A stretch of 64,000 nt of DNA from Vicugna vicugna (Eukaryota), in contig MU058868.1 of assembly GCA_013265495.1 (NCBI GenBank), positions 940,587 to 1,004,586 on the forward strand, read 5' to 3'. Below are positions 63,181 through 64,000 of the stretch, piece after piece; within the stretch, counting starts at the first letter, position 1; each line of letters begins with the position of its first letter. The translations under genes were made by a program, and so were the position numbers. A model generated the notes under the pieces. That model had not been told where the DNA came from. It was given only the letters and a program-made list of their open reading frames with translations, and did not search any database.

Positions 63181-64000
63181 TGACAGCCACACCAGGAGGT
63201 GGCAAATTTATGCTCCCCTCTGCCGCCGCCCCTCCTTTTTGGAGGTGTTGGTAAGGGAGGTGGTTTTGCTGGAAATGGAAACTCTTGGCCTGTGCCCTAC
63301 TGTGTTTTGAGCCTAGATTTGAACTGCTCATGTGTTGTGGAAAATGCTGGGTTGATCACTTAACACTCAAATTGATCCCTGAAATGATGATTCACCAAAG
63401 CAAAACAGTCCGTGCCACGTGGGACACTGAGCACGTCACACCCCGCCCACTTCCTGTCAGAGCAGAACCGAAATAAAACAAGAAGCCCCACCCACCCAGA
63501 AGTGTCCAAACACAGCGGAACGGGGTCCCTGTGAGCAGGCCCTCCAAAGCTGGAGGGAGCTCAGCTTTTGGTGAGAGCTTGACACTAAATAAGAACAAAT
63601 CTGAAAACCTTGAGTGAGCGGGTTAGAAATGGTTAAAACCATGAAAGGAAATTTAGAGACACAAGAAAAGAACAAGGCATCGAGGGGTAAATCAGGCAGA
63701 TTTGAACAAACAGTTAAAACTGGGAGTTTACATACAGTCCTTGCACTTGGCCCAGGGGCCAGGCTGAGAAGAGTCAGACGGCTGCAGAGCAGGTTCCCGA
63801 GGTGGCAGCTGTGCCTCGAAGCCACCTGCACTGCAGCTCAGAAGGTGAAGCAGTGAAGCTGTGGAGACAGAAACATGCAGTGGGTGTTCCAGGAGGAAAG
63901 ACGGAGACCCAGGGGGATGCCATGCGGACAGAGAGTTTCCTGGCGCCTGCGTGACATGGGTCATTGACTGGTGAAACTGACTACGTTTTGGGCAGGATGT

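Noticed and set aside
63384-63430. ATGATGA...CTGA C/D-box pair
   Set aside because: Only 47 nt, with no terminal stem

Overview
Mammalian genomic DNA, probably camelid (alpaca/llama/camel, inferred from tRNA-derived SINE and L1 3' end style). The window holds the 5' ~80% of NSD2 (WHSC1/MMSET, H3K36 dimethyltransferase) on the + strand. It has a CpG-island promoter (~2200-3450, with an N gap probably hiding non-coding exon 1) and a ~20 kb repeat-rich intron 1. 17 coding exons follow (PWWP1, HMG, PHD1-4, PWWP2, AWS, start of SET); one is mostly lost in an N gap, and the gene continues past 64000. Exon numbers follow the human 22-exon form (first coding exon = exon 2). All human comparisons are from memory and need alignment. 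The short-isoform machinery is visible: the MMSET-I terminal exon with a ~5.3 kb 3'UTR, a 'VK*' read-through ending in five tandem stop codons, and the RE-IIBP internal ATG. Most notable: loss of the ancestral first ATG plus a 1-nt deletion (20-aa N-terminal loss), Asn->Ile next to the SET active-site tyrosine, loss of the S102-Q ATM motif, a SINE in the exon-3 polypyrimidine tract, and patchy AT->GC drift in exons and fossil L1s consistent with GC-biased gene conversion. I found no convincing wholly new biological system; the best leads are lineage-specific changes in a known locus. Most long ORFs in the track are spurious.
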